The notes under the pieces are model-generated. The model saw only the letters and a list, made by a program, of their open reading frames with translations, was not told where the DNA came from and searched no databases. A stretch of DNA of 47,327 nucleotides from assembly GCA_964408425.1 (NCBI GenBank), contig CAYOZI010000004.1, forward strand, positions 1 through 47,327, written 5' to 3'. The DNA comes from Candidatus Micrarchaeota archaeon (lineage in GTDB: Archaea; Micrarchaeota; Micrarchaeia; Norongarragalinales; Norongarragalinaceae). How positions within the stretch are numbered: position 1 is the first letter of the stretch; every line of letters starts with the position of its first letter. Shown piece by piece: positions 24,392 to 33,624 of the stretch. A program made the position numbers and the translations under genes.

Positions 24392-25339
24392 TCAAACCGA
24401 GTGCACGTACTTGTCGTTGTGCAATCCCTTGACAAACCTGGTAGTGCGGGTCTTAGAACGCATTACTATCGAATGGGTTTCGATGGTGTCGGGCTTGAAC
24501 CTCACGCCTTCCAGCATCGTCCCGTCCGTCACTCCCGTCGCCGCAAACATCGTTTCGCCCTTGACCAATTCATCAAGCTTGAGTATCCCTTCGCTGGCTC
24601 CCATTTCCCGCGCCCTTTTCCTTTCCCCCTCGTTCCTGAACGCGAGTTTTCCCTGGAACTCGCCTTCCAAGCATTTTATCGCCGCAGCCGCAATCACCCC
24701 TTCCGGCGCTCCGCCTATTCCCAACAGCAAGTCGATTCCGCTGTCTTCCAGGCATGTGGAAATCGCTCCCGAAACGTCCCCGTCGCTTATCAGCCTTATT
24801 CTCGCGCCCGTTTTCCTTACCTTTTCGACCAATTCCTTGTGCCTATCCCGCTCGAGAATAACAACAGTAACCTCGCTTTCTTCCTTTCCCAGCGCGCGCG
24901 CAACTGCTGAAACGTTTTCCTCAACGCTATTCTCCAAGCTCACCTTTCCTTTTGCCTTTTTTCCAACGGCTATTTTATCCATGTAACAATCCGGCGCGTT
25001 CAACAGGCTTCCTTTCGGGCCTGCTGCGATTACGCTCAACGCGTTCTGCCCCCCTTTCGCCGTAATGGTCGTTCCTTCGAGCGGGTCCACGGCCAAATCT
25101 ATTTCCAAACCGTTTCCTTTCCCCACTTTTTCCCCGATGTAAAGCATTGGCGCCTCGTCCCTCTCTCCCTCTCCGATCACGATTTTTCCGGAAAAGTCGA
25201 TTGAATTGAAGCAATCGCGCATGTGTTCGACAGCCGCTTTGTCGGCCGCGTTGTTGTCGCCCCTTCCGACCCAGCGTGCCGATGCTACCGCCGCGCTTTC
25301 CGTAACCCGAACCAACTCCAACGCCAAGTTCCTGTCCAT
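24392..25339 (-). CDS. glpX: Class II fructose-1,6-bisphosphatase (GlpX type)
   Basis: LALELVRVTESAAVASARWVGRGD, DPLEGTT, GIGGAPEGV; 315 aa. Confidence 0.85.
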   Translation of the reverse strand: MDRNLALELVRVTESAAVASARWVGRGDNNAADKAAVEHMRDCFNSIDFSGKIVIGEGERDEAPMLYIGEKVGKGNGLEIDLAVDPLEGTTITAKGGQNALSVIAAGPKGSLLNAPDCYMDKIAVGKKAKGKVSLENSVEENVSAVARALGKEESEVTVVILERDRHKELVEKVRKTGARIRLISDGDVSGAISTCLEDSGIDLLLGIGGAPEGVIAAAAIKCLEGEFQGKLAFRNEGERKRAREMGASEGILKLDELVKGETMFAATGVTDGTMLEGVRFKPDTIETHSIVMRSKTRTTRFVKGLHNDKYVHSV

Positions 25340-25363
25340 TTTCCATTCTCCCCTTTCTTCCGT

Positions 25364-26260
25364 TCAACTTTTTTGCTCTTGCCACAAGTCGACGAATTCC
25401 TTGTATGTATCCGCCACGAGCTCAACCGCCTGTTCGTGCGTCAGCTTTCCTTCCTTCAATCCTTTCATCGCATCCCAAAACACGGTTCTTCCGACCGCAA
25501 AGCCGATTATTCCCGGAATTTCGGCGCCGACTTTCAGCCATTCCTTCACCTTTTCCTTGTCCTCGCCCCTTCCGAGAGTGATTATTCCCGCTTTCCTCCC
25601 TCCGCTTTGCACCTGGGTTACGAGCGCCCTAGCGTCCTGTTCCTTGTCAACGCCTTCCAGCTTCCAAACGTCCGGCTCTATGCCGTTCTCTTGCAAAAGG
25701 CGTATGGTTTCAACCATCAGGCTGGGGCGTAGCGAAGAGTCGTAGTTGTGCTTGCTACCGGCTTTTTCCATTTGCCCCTGAGTTGCGGGAACCAGCAGTT
25801 CGAACAAAAACGGGCGTTGCGTTTTCTTGAGAAAATCGTTCAGCCTTTTCAATCTTTCAAACTGCCTTTCGTTCGTTTCCTTATCCCCTTCGGGGTTGAA
25901 GCGGACGAGCGCCTTCACGAGCGCGGGGTTCATCTTCTGGATGTGCAACTCCCAATCCTTATACTCGAAGTCGAACTCGTCCTGCCCGGATTTTTCAACC
26001 GGGCATGCTGTGATTATGCCTTTCTTCTGCGCGTCCCTCAATATCCACGCCCCGTACTCCTCGTCGACCAGAATCGCGCTTTTTTCCTTGGGAACGCCTT
26101 TTTCCAACGCCTTCTCAAAACCCTTGTAAACCATTTCCTTCAATTCCGCGTATTCCTTCGCCTCGGCTTCCGTCGGCTTTCTCCCTTCGATTCCGAAAAG
26201 TTTTTTCAATAAACTTCCCCGGTGGTCGAAAGGCAGTATCAACAATTCATTGAAAACCAT
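25364..26260 (-). CDS. Class I aldolase-fold protein (DUF2090 / LacD-like; candidate fructose- or tagatose-bisphosphate aldolase)
   Basis: 298 aa. LPFDHRGS..., DVWKLEG and GFAVGRTVFWD resemble the IolC C-terminal / DUF2090 aldolase family. Confidence 0.6.
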   Translation of the reverse strand: MVFNELLILPFDHRGSLLKKLFGIEGRKPTEAEAKEYAELKEMVYKGFEKALEKGVPKEKSAILVDEEYGAWILRDAQKKGIITACPVEKSGQDEFDFEYKDWELHIQKMNPALVKALVRFNPEGDKETNERQFERLKRLNDFLKKTQRPFLFELLVPATQGQMEKAGSKHNYDSSLRPSLMVETIRLLQENGIEPDVWKLEGVDKEQDARALVTQVQSGGRKAGIITLGRGEDKEKVKEWLKVGAEIPGIIGFAVGRTVFWDAMKGLKEGKLTHEQAVELVADTYKEFVDLWQEQKS

Positions 26261-26289
26261 TTTGCATCAAAACCTCCTTTTTTCCGTAT

Positions 26290-27012
26290 TCAGTGAACCC
26301 ACTTTCCGTAATACACGTATCCGAACAACTGCCCTTGCTTTGCCAGAACCGGCAGGATATTTTTCTCGAAACTCGATTGGCCTTCGAGAAAAGAAAACAC
26401 CGTAGGGTTGCATACGGCGACTCCGGCGTTGATCAGGAACCCTTCGGCGCTGGCGGGTTTTTCCTCGAAATCCGTTATTTTGACGCCAAGCAGTTTCGCA
26501 ACCCCGAAGCGGCTGGGGTGTTTGCTGGACGTAAGCACGAGCGTGCAGGAGTTCTTGTGGGAGTCGTGGAATGAAAGCAAATCCTTCAAGTTCAAGTCCT
26601 CGCAGAAAACGTCCGAATAACACAGGAGGAAAGGCTCTTTCAAAAGCGCTTGGGCTTTCTTCAATGCGAAAGCCGTTCCCTTGTTCTCGTCCCACGAATA
26701 TTCGATGCTCAACCCGAACGCCTTTCCGTCCTTGATCCTGCTCAAAACCGAGTCGTTCTGCCCTCCTGCTATGACGACTTCCCCGATCCCGTTTTTCTTC
26801 AGCCAAGGCAGGATTTTTTCCAGCAGAAAGTTCTTTTTCCCGGCGAGGACTAACGCTTTCTCCACCCCTTTCCCCCTTAACGCTTTCCTGAGGAGTGCGG
26901 AGATGGTCTGGGAGCGGTTTTTGTTCGCCTCGCCGTCCACCAGCGAATCCACCTTCTCCAACAGCCGCCTGTCGATCGTCAGACTTATCCTTTCCAGCAT
27001 GAACCCCACCAA
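26290..27012 (-). CDS. Ribbon-helix-helix (CopG-like) domain fused to a nucleotidyltransferase-fold domain that lacks the G-rich NTP loop
   Basis: N-terminus ERISLTIDRRLLEKVDSLVDGEANKNRSQTISALLRKAL is an RHH. It is followed by LVLAGKKNF (instead of LAGGxGTRLxPLT...), then GTAFAL, YSDVF, SRFGV, FEEKP and INAGV. Confidence 0.65.
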   Translation of the reverse strand: MVGFMLERISLTIDRRLLEKVDSLVDGEANKNRSQTISALLRKALRGKGVEKALVLAGKKNFLLEKILPWLKKNGIGEVVIAGGQNDSVLSRIKDGKAFGLSIEYSWDENKGTAFALKKAQALLKEPFLLCYSDVFCEDLNLKDLLSFHDSHKNSCTLVLTSSKHPSRFGVAKLLGVKITDFEEKPASAEGFLINAGVAVCNPTVFSFLEGQSSFEKNILPVLAKQGQLFGYVYYGKWVH

Positions 27013-27021
27013 AACAAAGGA

Positions 27022-27076
27022 AAGTATTACGAAGTATTATGCTTTAATACCTTTCGGTGCAAAACAGTATTTTAAA
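27022..27076. promoter_or_regulatory. Direct and inverted AAGTATTA repeats plus a TATA-like box in the divergent RHH-NTase / PMM promoter
   Basis: AAGTATTA at 27022-29 and 27032-39 (10-bp phasing). GTATTA-TGCTT-TAATAC inverted repeat (27034-27050). AGTATTTTAAA at 27066-76, about 30 nt upstream of the 27103 start. Confidence 0.4.
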
Positions 27077-27102
27077 CGCGCGCGGCGTGTTTTCTTTCAA
27101 CG

Positions 27103-28515
27103 GTGGGTTTTTTGGATACGGGAAGCATTTTCGGCGGTTACGACGTCAGGGGCGTTTACGGGGAGGACTTTTCGGAAAGGGAAGCCCTTGATCTGGGGAG
27201 GGCGTTCGGAACCTTTATTTTCAAAAAAGAGGGGCTGGATGAGCAGAAAACCAGAACGCCGAAGGTGGTTTTGGGCAGGGACAACCGTCTTTCCTCCCCT
27301 TCTTTGAGGGATTCTTTCGTCCAAGGGCTTGCTTCAACCGGTTGCAACATAATCGACGTGGGCATAGCCCCCAGTCCCGTGGTTTACTTCGCTTCATTCG
27401 CCTTGAAAGCAGACGGCGCGGCGGTGATAACCGCTTCCCACAACCCGGCGAAATACAACGGGGTGAAAATGCTGAACGGAATATGGCCGTTGTCTTCGGA
27501 AGAATTGGCTGAAGTAAAAAGGATTTTCGGGGAAAGGGATTTTTTGGAAAAGCCGAAACTGGCTTGGGGCAAGGTTTCCAAGAAAGACGTGCTGGAAGAT
27601 TACCTGAAGTTCGTTTCCTCGAAAACAAGGCGAATTGAAGGAATGAAGATCGTTGTTGACGGGGGGAACGGAATCGTGGGGGAAGTAGGGATAAAATTAT
27701 TGAAAAAGCTCGGGGCGAAAGCCGTTCCCTTGTACTGCATTCCGGACGGGCGTTTTCCCAACCACCTTCCAGACCCTTCCAAACCGGAGAACGTCAAGGA
27801 CTTGCGGAATAAGGTGGTGGAGGAGAAAGCGGTTCTCGGCATAGCGTTCGACGGGGACGGGGATAGGGCGGTTTTCGTCGACGAAAAGGGAAGCGTGGTC
27901 AAAAGCGACGATGCCAACGTTATATTCGTCCGCGATGCTTTGAAAAAACACCCGAAATCGAAAATAGGTTTTGAGTTGCGGTGTTCGCTCGTGGTGAAGG
28001 AGGAGATAGAAAAGCTGGGGGGAACGCCTTTGGAGACGAAGGCGGGAAGGATAGCCGTGAGGGAGACGATGAGGGGCGGCGCGGCGTTTGCATGTGAAAC
28101 GACAGGGCACGTTTGCTTTACGGAGAATAACGGTTTTGACGACGGGATTTTCGCTTCAGCCAAATTTTCGGGGTTGGTGGGCGAAAGCGGTCACGCTCCG
28201 TCACTCCTGGCGTCTTCTGTGAAAAAATACTTTTCGACCAGAGAATTGCGCATTCCCTGCGAGAGAAAGTTTGAAGCCGTCGGATATGTGGAAGAAAAAT
28301 TGAAGGGAAAAAAGCTCAAACTGCTTTTGATAGACGGAGTGAAGTATTCGGATGCAGGCGGGTGGGGCTTGGTCAGGGCGTCGTTGACCGAACCGCTGTT
28401 GAGCGTACGGTTCGAGGGAAAAACGAGAGGGGATTTGGAGCGGGTTTACGCGTTGTTTGAAGGGGCGTTCCCTTCTTTCGCTCGACTTCCGGCTCTTGAG
28501 CAAGCATTGCAGTAA
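27103..28515 (+). CDS. Phosphomannomutase/phosphoglucomutase (alpha-D-phosphohexomutase family)
   Basis: ITASHNPAKYNGVKM active-site Ser loop, FDGDGDR metal loop; 470 aa. Confidence 0.9.
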   Translation: MGFLDTGSIFGGYDVRGVYGEDFSEREALDLGRAFGTFIFKKEGLDEQKTRTPKVVLGRDNRLSSPSLRDSFVQGLASTGCNIIDVGIAPSPVVYFASFALKADGAAVITASHNPAKYNGVKMLNGIWPLSSEELAEVKRIFGERDFLEKPKLAWGKVSKKDVLEDYLKFVSSKTRRIEGMKIVVDGGNGIVGEVGIKLLKKLGAKAVPLYCIPDGRFPNHLPDPSKPENVKDLRNKVVEEKAVLGIAFDGDGDRAVFVDEKGSVVKSDDANVIFVRDALKKHPKSKIGFELRCSLVVKEEIEKLGGTPLETKAGRIAVRETMRGGAAFACETTGHVCFTENNGFDDGIFASAKFSGLVGESGHAPSLLASSVKKYFSTRELRIPCERKFEAVGYVEEKLKGKKLKLLLIDGVKYSDAGGWGLVRASLTEPLLSVRFEGKTRGDLERVYALFEGAFPSFARLPALEQALQ

Positions 28516-28525
28516 CGGTGAAAAA

Positions 28526-29230
28526 ATGATTTCGATAGTTATCCCGGCTTTCAACGAGGAAAATAGGATAGGCCCCACTCTCGAGGGCATAGCCTCGTTT
28601 TTGAAGCAAACGAAAAGGGATTTCGAGATAATCGTTGTTTTCGACGGGAACGATGCAACCCCTAGGGTGGTGAAAGAGTTCGCGAGAAAAAATTCTTTGG
28701 AACGGAAAGCGCGGGTTTTGGAATTCAAAAAAAGGCTGGGGAAAGGCGGGGCTGTGATGAAGGGTTTTGAGGAAGCGAAAGGGGAAATAGTTTTCCTTTC
28801 GGATGCCGACCGTTCCGTCCCCCCGAGGGAGATGGGAAAACTGCTGAATGCTTTGGAAAACAGCGACATCGCGATCGGCTCGCGTTATTTGAAATCTTCC
28901 AAAGCCAGGATTCCTTTCGAGCGGTATTTCTTCGCCTTCGTTTTTCACTTGGTCGTCGGGTTGTTTTTCGGGTTGCCTTTCAAAGACACGCAGTGCGGGT
29001 TCAAGGCTTTCAGGAAAAATGCCGTGAAGAAACTCCTGCCGCTCGTGAAAACCAAGGGTTTCGCCTGGGATGTGGACGTTTTGGTCCAGTCGCGAAAACT
29101 GAGTTTGATTGTGAAGGAAATTCCGATAGAATGGCGTTTGGAGAAAGGGGGAACGATCACTTTCAAAAACGGCTTGCAAACGGCTTTAAGGATGTTCGTC
29201 ACCCTCTTGAAACTGCGGTTTTCAAGATGA
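28526..29230 (+). CDS. Family 2 glycosyltransferase (dolichyl-phosphate hexose synthase-like)
   Basis: MISIVIPAFNEENRI..., SDADRS (DxD-like), CGFKAF. The ATG at 28526 follows the PMM stop. Confidence 0.8.
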   Translation: MISIVIPAFNEENRIGPTLEGIASFLKQTKRDFEIIVVFDGNDATPRVVKEFARKNSLERKARVLEFKKRLGKGGAVMKGFEEAKGEIVFLSDADRSVPPREMGKLLNALENSDIAIGSRYLKSSKARIPFERYFFAFVFHLVVGLFFGLPFKDTQCGFKAFRKNAVKKLLPLVKTKGFAWDVDVLVQSRKLSLIVKEIPIEWRLEKGGTITFKNGLQTALRMFVTLLKLRFSR

Positions 29231-30309
29231 AGGAATTCGATTGCATTGTAGTGGGCGCTTCGTGCGTCGGAGGAATGACTGCCAAGGCTATTGCGGATAA
29301 GGGCGTGAGCGTGGGCTTGCTGGAAGAACACGCTAAACCCGGCAAGTTCGACAAGTGCACAGCCTTGGTTTCGGCAAAAGGGCTTAAGGAAAGCGGCGTG
29401 GATTTCAAGAAAACGGTTTTGAACGAAATTCACGGCGCCGTACTGCATTCGCCCAACGTTTCCTTCACCGTTTCCCGCCGCGAGCCGGTTGCTTTCGTCT
29501 TGAACCGACAGGCTTTTGACGAGAAGTGCGTGAGCGAAGCTGTTGAGGAAGGGGCGGAATTGTTTTTGAATTCCGGCGGAAGAAGGCTTTCCGCAAACGC
29601 AGGCGGATGGCGGGTTGAAACGCCTTCGGGAGCTTTTCATTCGAAAATCGTCGCCGGTTGCGACGGGCTGGGCTCTTTCGTAGCAAGGGAAGGCGGTTTT
29701 CCTTCCTTCAAAAGATTCGTTTCAGCTTGGGAGGCCGAGTTTTCCTTCCACCAAACGCCTTCCGACAAGGTGCACGTTTTCCTCGACCAGAGCATTGCTC
29801 CAAATTTTTTCGCTTGGGTGGTCCCCGTGAATGGGGAAATGGCCAGGGTGGGTTTGGCAACCACGGAACCGCATTTGCTGAATTCGGGAAAAAAAAGGCT
29901 TTTGCAAAAACTCGGGTTGAGCGACGAAAAACAAAAAACGGGGCGGGAGTTCAATTATTCCATTCCGCTTTTTCCGAGGGCAATAACGCAAAAGCAAAAC
30001 ATCCTGCTGGTTGGCGACGCTGCGGGGCAGGTGAAATCCACGACCGGCGGGGGGATAGCCTTCGGCGGGTCGTGCGGAAGGAAAGCCTCCGAATCGATAG
30101 TGAACTATTTTTCAAACGGGGTTCTGGACTACGAGCATAGGTGGAGGAAGGAGTTCGAAAAGACCTTCCGGATGCACTGGCTTTTGCACTCGAAGTTATT
30201 TTCCCTTCCCAATGCTGCGCTGGATTTCGCTTTCGGGGTTGCAAAACTGTCGGGAGCTTCGTTCGTTTTGGAGCAGGCAGGGGATATGGATTTCATCCTG
30301 AAGAAATAG
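29227..30309 (+). CDS. Geranylgeranyl reductase-family FAD-dependent oxidoreductase
   Basis: MKEFDCIVVGASCVGGMTAKAIADKG dinucleotide fold, LVGDAAGQVKSTTGGGI. ATGA start/stop overlap with the GT2 gene. Confidence 0.8.
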   Translation: MKEFDCIVVGASCVGGMTAKAIADKGVSVGLLEEHAKPGKFDKCTALVSAKGLKESGVDFKKTVLNEIHGAVLHSPNVSFTVSRREPVAFVLNRQAFDEKCVSEAVEEGAELFLNSGGRRLSANAGGWRVETPSGAFHSKIVAGCDGLGSFVAREGGFPSFKRFVSAWEAEFSFHQTPSDKVHVFLDQSIAPNFFAWVVPVNGEMARVGLATTEPHLLNSGKKRLLQKLGLSDEKQKTGREFNYSIPLFPRAITQKQNILLVGDAAGQVKSTTGGGIAFGGSCGRKASESIVNYFSNGVLDYEHRWRKEFEKTFRMHWLLHSKLFSLPNAALDFAFGVAKLSGASFVLEQAGDMDFILKK

Positions 30310-30352
30310 CAAAAACCCGGAACTCTACTGGGTTGAAGGATGGGAAGCCCCT

Positions 30353-31075
30353 TCAGCGCCCTTTCCTGCTTTCCGTGTTCTTGTAAAAACCGATGGCGTC
30401 GTCGTAATCCCTTTTCGAGAATTCCGGCCAAAGTTTTTTGGAAAAATAGATTTCGCTGTACGCGGTTTGCCAGGGCATTAGCCCGGAAAGCCGTTGCGCA
30501 TTTCCCGTCCGGATTACCAAATCCGGCGTTTCGTTGTAATACAAGTATTTGCCGAACGCTTTTTCATCAACCTTGGAAACGTCTACCCTGCCTTCTTGTG
30601 CGTCGGTTGCCAGGGCTTTCGCGGCGGAGAGAAGCTCGTCCCTGCCGGAGTAAGCGACCGCAATGTTCAATTCCTTCTTTCCGCCTTCGGTTTGTTCTTC
30701 GAGTTTTTCGAAATGCCCGTTCAGTCTTTTCGGCAGCAATTCCCTCCTTCCGAAAAACTTCACCCTCACGCCTTCGTCAACGAACTGTTTGCTTTCCAGA
30801 TTTTCCTCGACGTGCTTTTGCATGAGCTTGTAAAGGATTTTGAGTTCGAAGTAAGAGCGTTTGGCGAAATTGTCCAGGGACAGCGCCCAAATGGTTATTT
30901 TCTCGGGCTCTTCGCTCCACCCGACGACTTGCCTCATCTTGTCGAAACCGGTTTTGTAAGCGGTTTCGAAGGAAAGCCGGTTTTTTTTCGCGTAACGCCT
31001 GTTTCCGTCGGGAGTTATAGCCAAATGGGTTAATTTCCTCATATCAAAAGACCGTTTTTCCGTTTGTAAAATCAA
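30353..31075 (-). CDS. uppS: cis-Prenyltransferase (undecaprenyl/dehydrodolichyl diphosphate synthase)
   Basis: HLAITPDGNRRYAKK, IWALSLDNF, IRTGNAQRLSGLMPWQTAYSEIYF. Confidence 0.9.
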   Translation of the reverse strand: MILQTEKRSFDMRKLTHLAITPDGNRRYAKKNRLSFETAYKTGFDKMRQVVGWSEEPEKITIWALSLDNFAKRSYFELKILYKLMQKHVEENLESKQFVDEGVRVKFFGRRELLPKRLNGHFEKLEEQTEGGKKELNIAVAYSGRDELLSAAKALATDAQEGRVDVSKVDEKAFGKYLYYNETPDLVIRTGNAQRLSGLMPWQTAYSEIYFSKKLWPEFSKRDYDDAIGFYKNTESRKGR

Positions 31076-31104
31076 ATACTCCGCGTAGTCTTTTTAAGTA
31101 TTGC

Positions 31105-31461
31105 TTGGGTTTAAATTGCATGCGTCAGGCTATCGTGAAAAAGCGGGGAAAAAAACTTTTCAAAGCTTCCCTCGCCTCTTCGTTTTCCGAAAAAGCCCGG
31201 GGCTTGATGTTTTCGCGCAAAGCTTTCCCTATCTTGTTCGAATTTTCGAGAGAGGGGACATGGGAAAACTCCATTCATTCGTTCTTCTGCCCGAGGTTCG
31301 ACGCGGTATTTCTGGATAAGCAAAAACGCGTTGTCAGCGTGGAAAAAAACATACGCCCTTTTCGTTTTTTCATCGTTTCCGAAAAACCCTGCAAATTCCT
31401 GCTTGAATTGCCCCCAGGCTGGGGCGGAAAGTTCGTGAAAGGGGAAAAAATTGGCTTTTGA
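31105..31461 (+). CDS. DUF192 family protein
   Basis: SFSEKARGLMF..., FLDKQKRVVSV, FLLELPPGW match the DUF192 pattern. The gene overlaps the downstream ATPase gene. Confidence 0.65.
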   Translation: MGLNCMRQAIVKKRGKKLFKASLASSFSEKARGLMFSRKAFPILFEFSREGTWENSIHSFFCPRFDAVFLDKQKRVVSVEKNIRPFRFFIVSEKPCKFLLELPPGWGGKFVKGEKIGF

Positions 31462-32791
31462 CCTGGGGTGGGAGCTGAAGAAGGAAAAAACTCCCTATTA
31501 CGTTCCACCGATCGAACTGCGCGACGGGGAGAAGAAAATCCTCAAGCTTTTGCTGGACGCGCTGATGGAAGAGCCTTCCAAGGACTTGAAAGCGCTTTTG
31601 GTAAAAATATGCGAGGAGAAAAACCTTCTTTTGGAAAAATCCAGCGGTGAAAAAATCATGGAAACCGCGGGAAAGTTCGTGAAAGGCTTCGGGGTTCTGG
31701 ATTTCCTTCTTGCCGATGATAACCTCGAGGAGATTTCCGTCGTGGGCGTGGGAAAGCCGATTTTCGTTTTCCACCGGAATAAAGGATGGATGGAATCCAA
31801 CGCCATATTCACCAGCGAGGAACACGCGGTCAACACGATAAACAAGATGGCCCGGCCTTTGGGAAGGAGGGTGACTTTCCAAAACCCCCGCCTTAATGCC
31901 GTCCTTCCCGACGGTTCGAGGCTTCACGCTTCCATTCCCCCCGTTTCACTCAACGGCGTGGAAATGACCATACGCAAATTCAAGCGCAACCCGTTTCATG
32001 CATTAGAGTTGGCTGACAACCAGACGATTTCCACGGAAGCATTAGCTTTCCTGTGGACGGTGATTTACGGGGACGTGTCGTTGTGCATTGCGGGAAATAC
32101 GGGCAGTGGAAAAACCACGACGCTAAACGCCTTGTTTTCCTTCATTCCGCTCAACGAGCGCATAGTCGTAACGGAAGAAACGCCCGAGCTTTATTTCCTG
32201 CATAGGCATCTGGTGAAAATACTGGCGAACGAAGAGCTGGGAGTGGGAATGAGGGAATTGGTGAAAGATACGCTGAGAATGAGGCCGGACAGGGTCGTGA
32301 TAGGCGAAGTGAGGGGGAAGGAGGAGGTTGAGGCATTATTCGATTCCCTTCTGGCGGGCCAGGCGAAAGGGTCTTTCTTTACTTTTCATGCCGATTCCGC
32401 TTCCGAAGCGCTGTTGAGGCTGAAGGCGCTGGGCGTGAGCGGGGAGGATTTGGATGCGTTGGATTTGATTCTAGTCCAAAAGAGGATTTCCTTTTTCGAT
32501 TCCAAGAACAAGCGGGCGACTGAATTAAGGCGGGTTACGGAAATCGCGGAAGTCGTCGAAGGGAACGCACGGCTGCTGTTTTGTCTGAACCCCTCGAAAG
32601 TTTTGGAGAAGACGAAAAACCTCGAATCGAGCGCCGTGGTGGAGAAAACGCTTCAGAATTACGGGTTTTCGGGAAAAAAAGAGTTTTTCTCGGAAATGGA
32701 AAAAAGAAAGAGGTTTTTGGAAAAAATGGAAGCGAAGGATTTCGAGGACTTCACGAGGCAAGTGCAGGCTTTTTCGTTCGAAAGCGGTTGA
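31451..32791 (+). CDS. Type II/IV secretion-family ATPase (archaeal type IV pilus / archaellum ArlI/FlaI-like assembly ATPase)
   Basis: Walker A IAGNTGSGKTTTLNAL, ETPEL (Asp box region), RPDRVVIGEVRGKE, GSFFTFHA. Confidence 0.85.
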   Translation: MAFDLGWELKKEKTPYYVPPIELRDGEKKILKLLLDALMEEPSKDLKALLVKICEEKNLLLEKSSGEKIMETAGKFVKGFGVLDFLLADDNLEEISVVGVGKPIFVFHRNKGWMESNAIFTSEEHAVNTINKMARPLGRRVTFQNPRLNAVLPDGSRLHASIPPVSLNGVEMTIRKFKRNPFHALELADNQTISTEALAFLWTVIYGDVSLCIAGNTGSGKTTTLNALFSFIPLNERIVVTEETPELYFLHRHLVKILANEELGVGMRELVKDTLRMRPDRVVIGEVRGKEEVEALFDSLLAGQAKGSFFTFHADSASEALLRLKALGVSGEDLDALDLILVQKRISFFDSKNKRATELRRVTEIAEVVEGNARLLFCLNPSKVLEKTKNLESSAVVEKTLQNYGFSGKKEFFSEMEKRKRFLEKMEAKDFEDFTRQVQAFSFESG

Positions 32792-32799
32792 GTGGAAAA

Positions 32800-33624
32800 A
32801 TGTTTTTGAAGCTCGTCAAGACGCTGGGCGTGGCGGAGTTCGAGTTCGATGCTCCTACGATGAAAAAACTGGGGAAAAACCTGATTCAATCCAGGCTGCC
32901 GTTTTCCCCAAAGCAATACGCAGGTTTTGCGGTGATATTGTCGGCAATGGTTTTCCTCTTCGCTTTGGTCGTCTCGTTCTTTTTCACCGGAGTGTTTTAC
33001 GCGATCGCATTTTCCATGTTTTGCTTTGCGCTAGCCCTGGTTTTTTCGTTGAATTACCTGGGCTTTTTGAAAAAACGCAGGGCGGAATCGGTGGAACGGG
33101 ACATGCCGTTGGCGTTGAGGGCGGCTGCGGTGGATTTGCAGTTCAACACGCCATTCGAAAAAGTGCTTGATTACCTTTCCCAGGGATACGGCGAGGCGAG
33201 CGTGGAATTCAAGAAAATTTCGAACGACATTCGAGTGGGATCTTCGGTCCAGGAAGCGCTTAGGGGAATGGCGGAAAGGGTGGATTCGCTTGCAGTAAAA
33301 AGAGCTGCAATGCAACTGTCGTTTTCCTACGAGCACGGGTTGAATGCGGAGGGGTTGCGAAAACTGGCTGACGAGTTGATAGAACTGCAAAAGCTCAAGA
33401 GCAAGGAATACGCGGCGAAACAATCGTTCTTCGGATTGCTGTTCGTAAGCGTGAGCACGATAATTCCCGCGTTGTTTTCCGCCTACGTGATCGTCGGTTC
33501 GGTATTCCTCTCCCTTTCGTTTACTCCCACGGACCTGTATTTGGCTTTCATAATCGTTTTTCCCCTGGCGGATTTCTCCGTGTTGTATTACTTGACCATC
33601 GTAAAACCCAAGGTGCTGCAATAA
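32800..33624 (+). CDS. Type II secretion system F-domain membrane protein (TadB/TadC / half-FlaJ-like)
   Basis: ATG at 32800 (MFLKLVKTLG). One T2SSF-like soluble domain lies between TM segments (MPLALRAAAVDLQ...VQEALRGMAERV). Confidence 0.7.
   Translation: MFLKLVKTLGVAEFEFDAPTMKKLGKNLIQSRLPFSPKQYAGFAVILSAMVFLFALVVSFFFTGVFYAIAFSMFCFALALVFSLNYLGFLKKRRAESVERDMPLALRAAAVDLQFNTPFEKVLDYLSQGYGEASVEFKKISNDIRVGSSVQEALRGMAERVDSLAVKRAAMQLSFSYEHGLNAEGLRKLADELIELQKLKSKEYAAKQSFFGLLFVSVSTIIPALFSAYVIVGSVFLSLSFTPTDLYLAFIIVFPLADFSVLYYLTIVKPKVLQ

Noticed and set aside
28201-29640. Several 220-270 aa minus-strand ORFs (28201..28869, 28373..29179, 28945..29640). The same applies to 33031..33999, 38175..38936, 19633..20388, 24411..24986, 25206..25745 and 5966..6562.
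   Set aside because: All are antisense or off-frame shadows of genes with strong family motifs on the other strand or frame.
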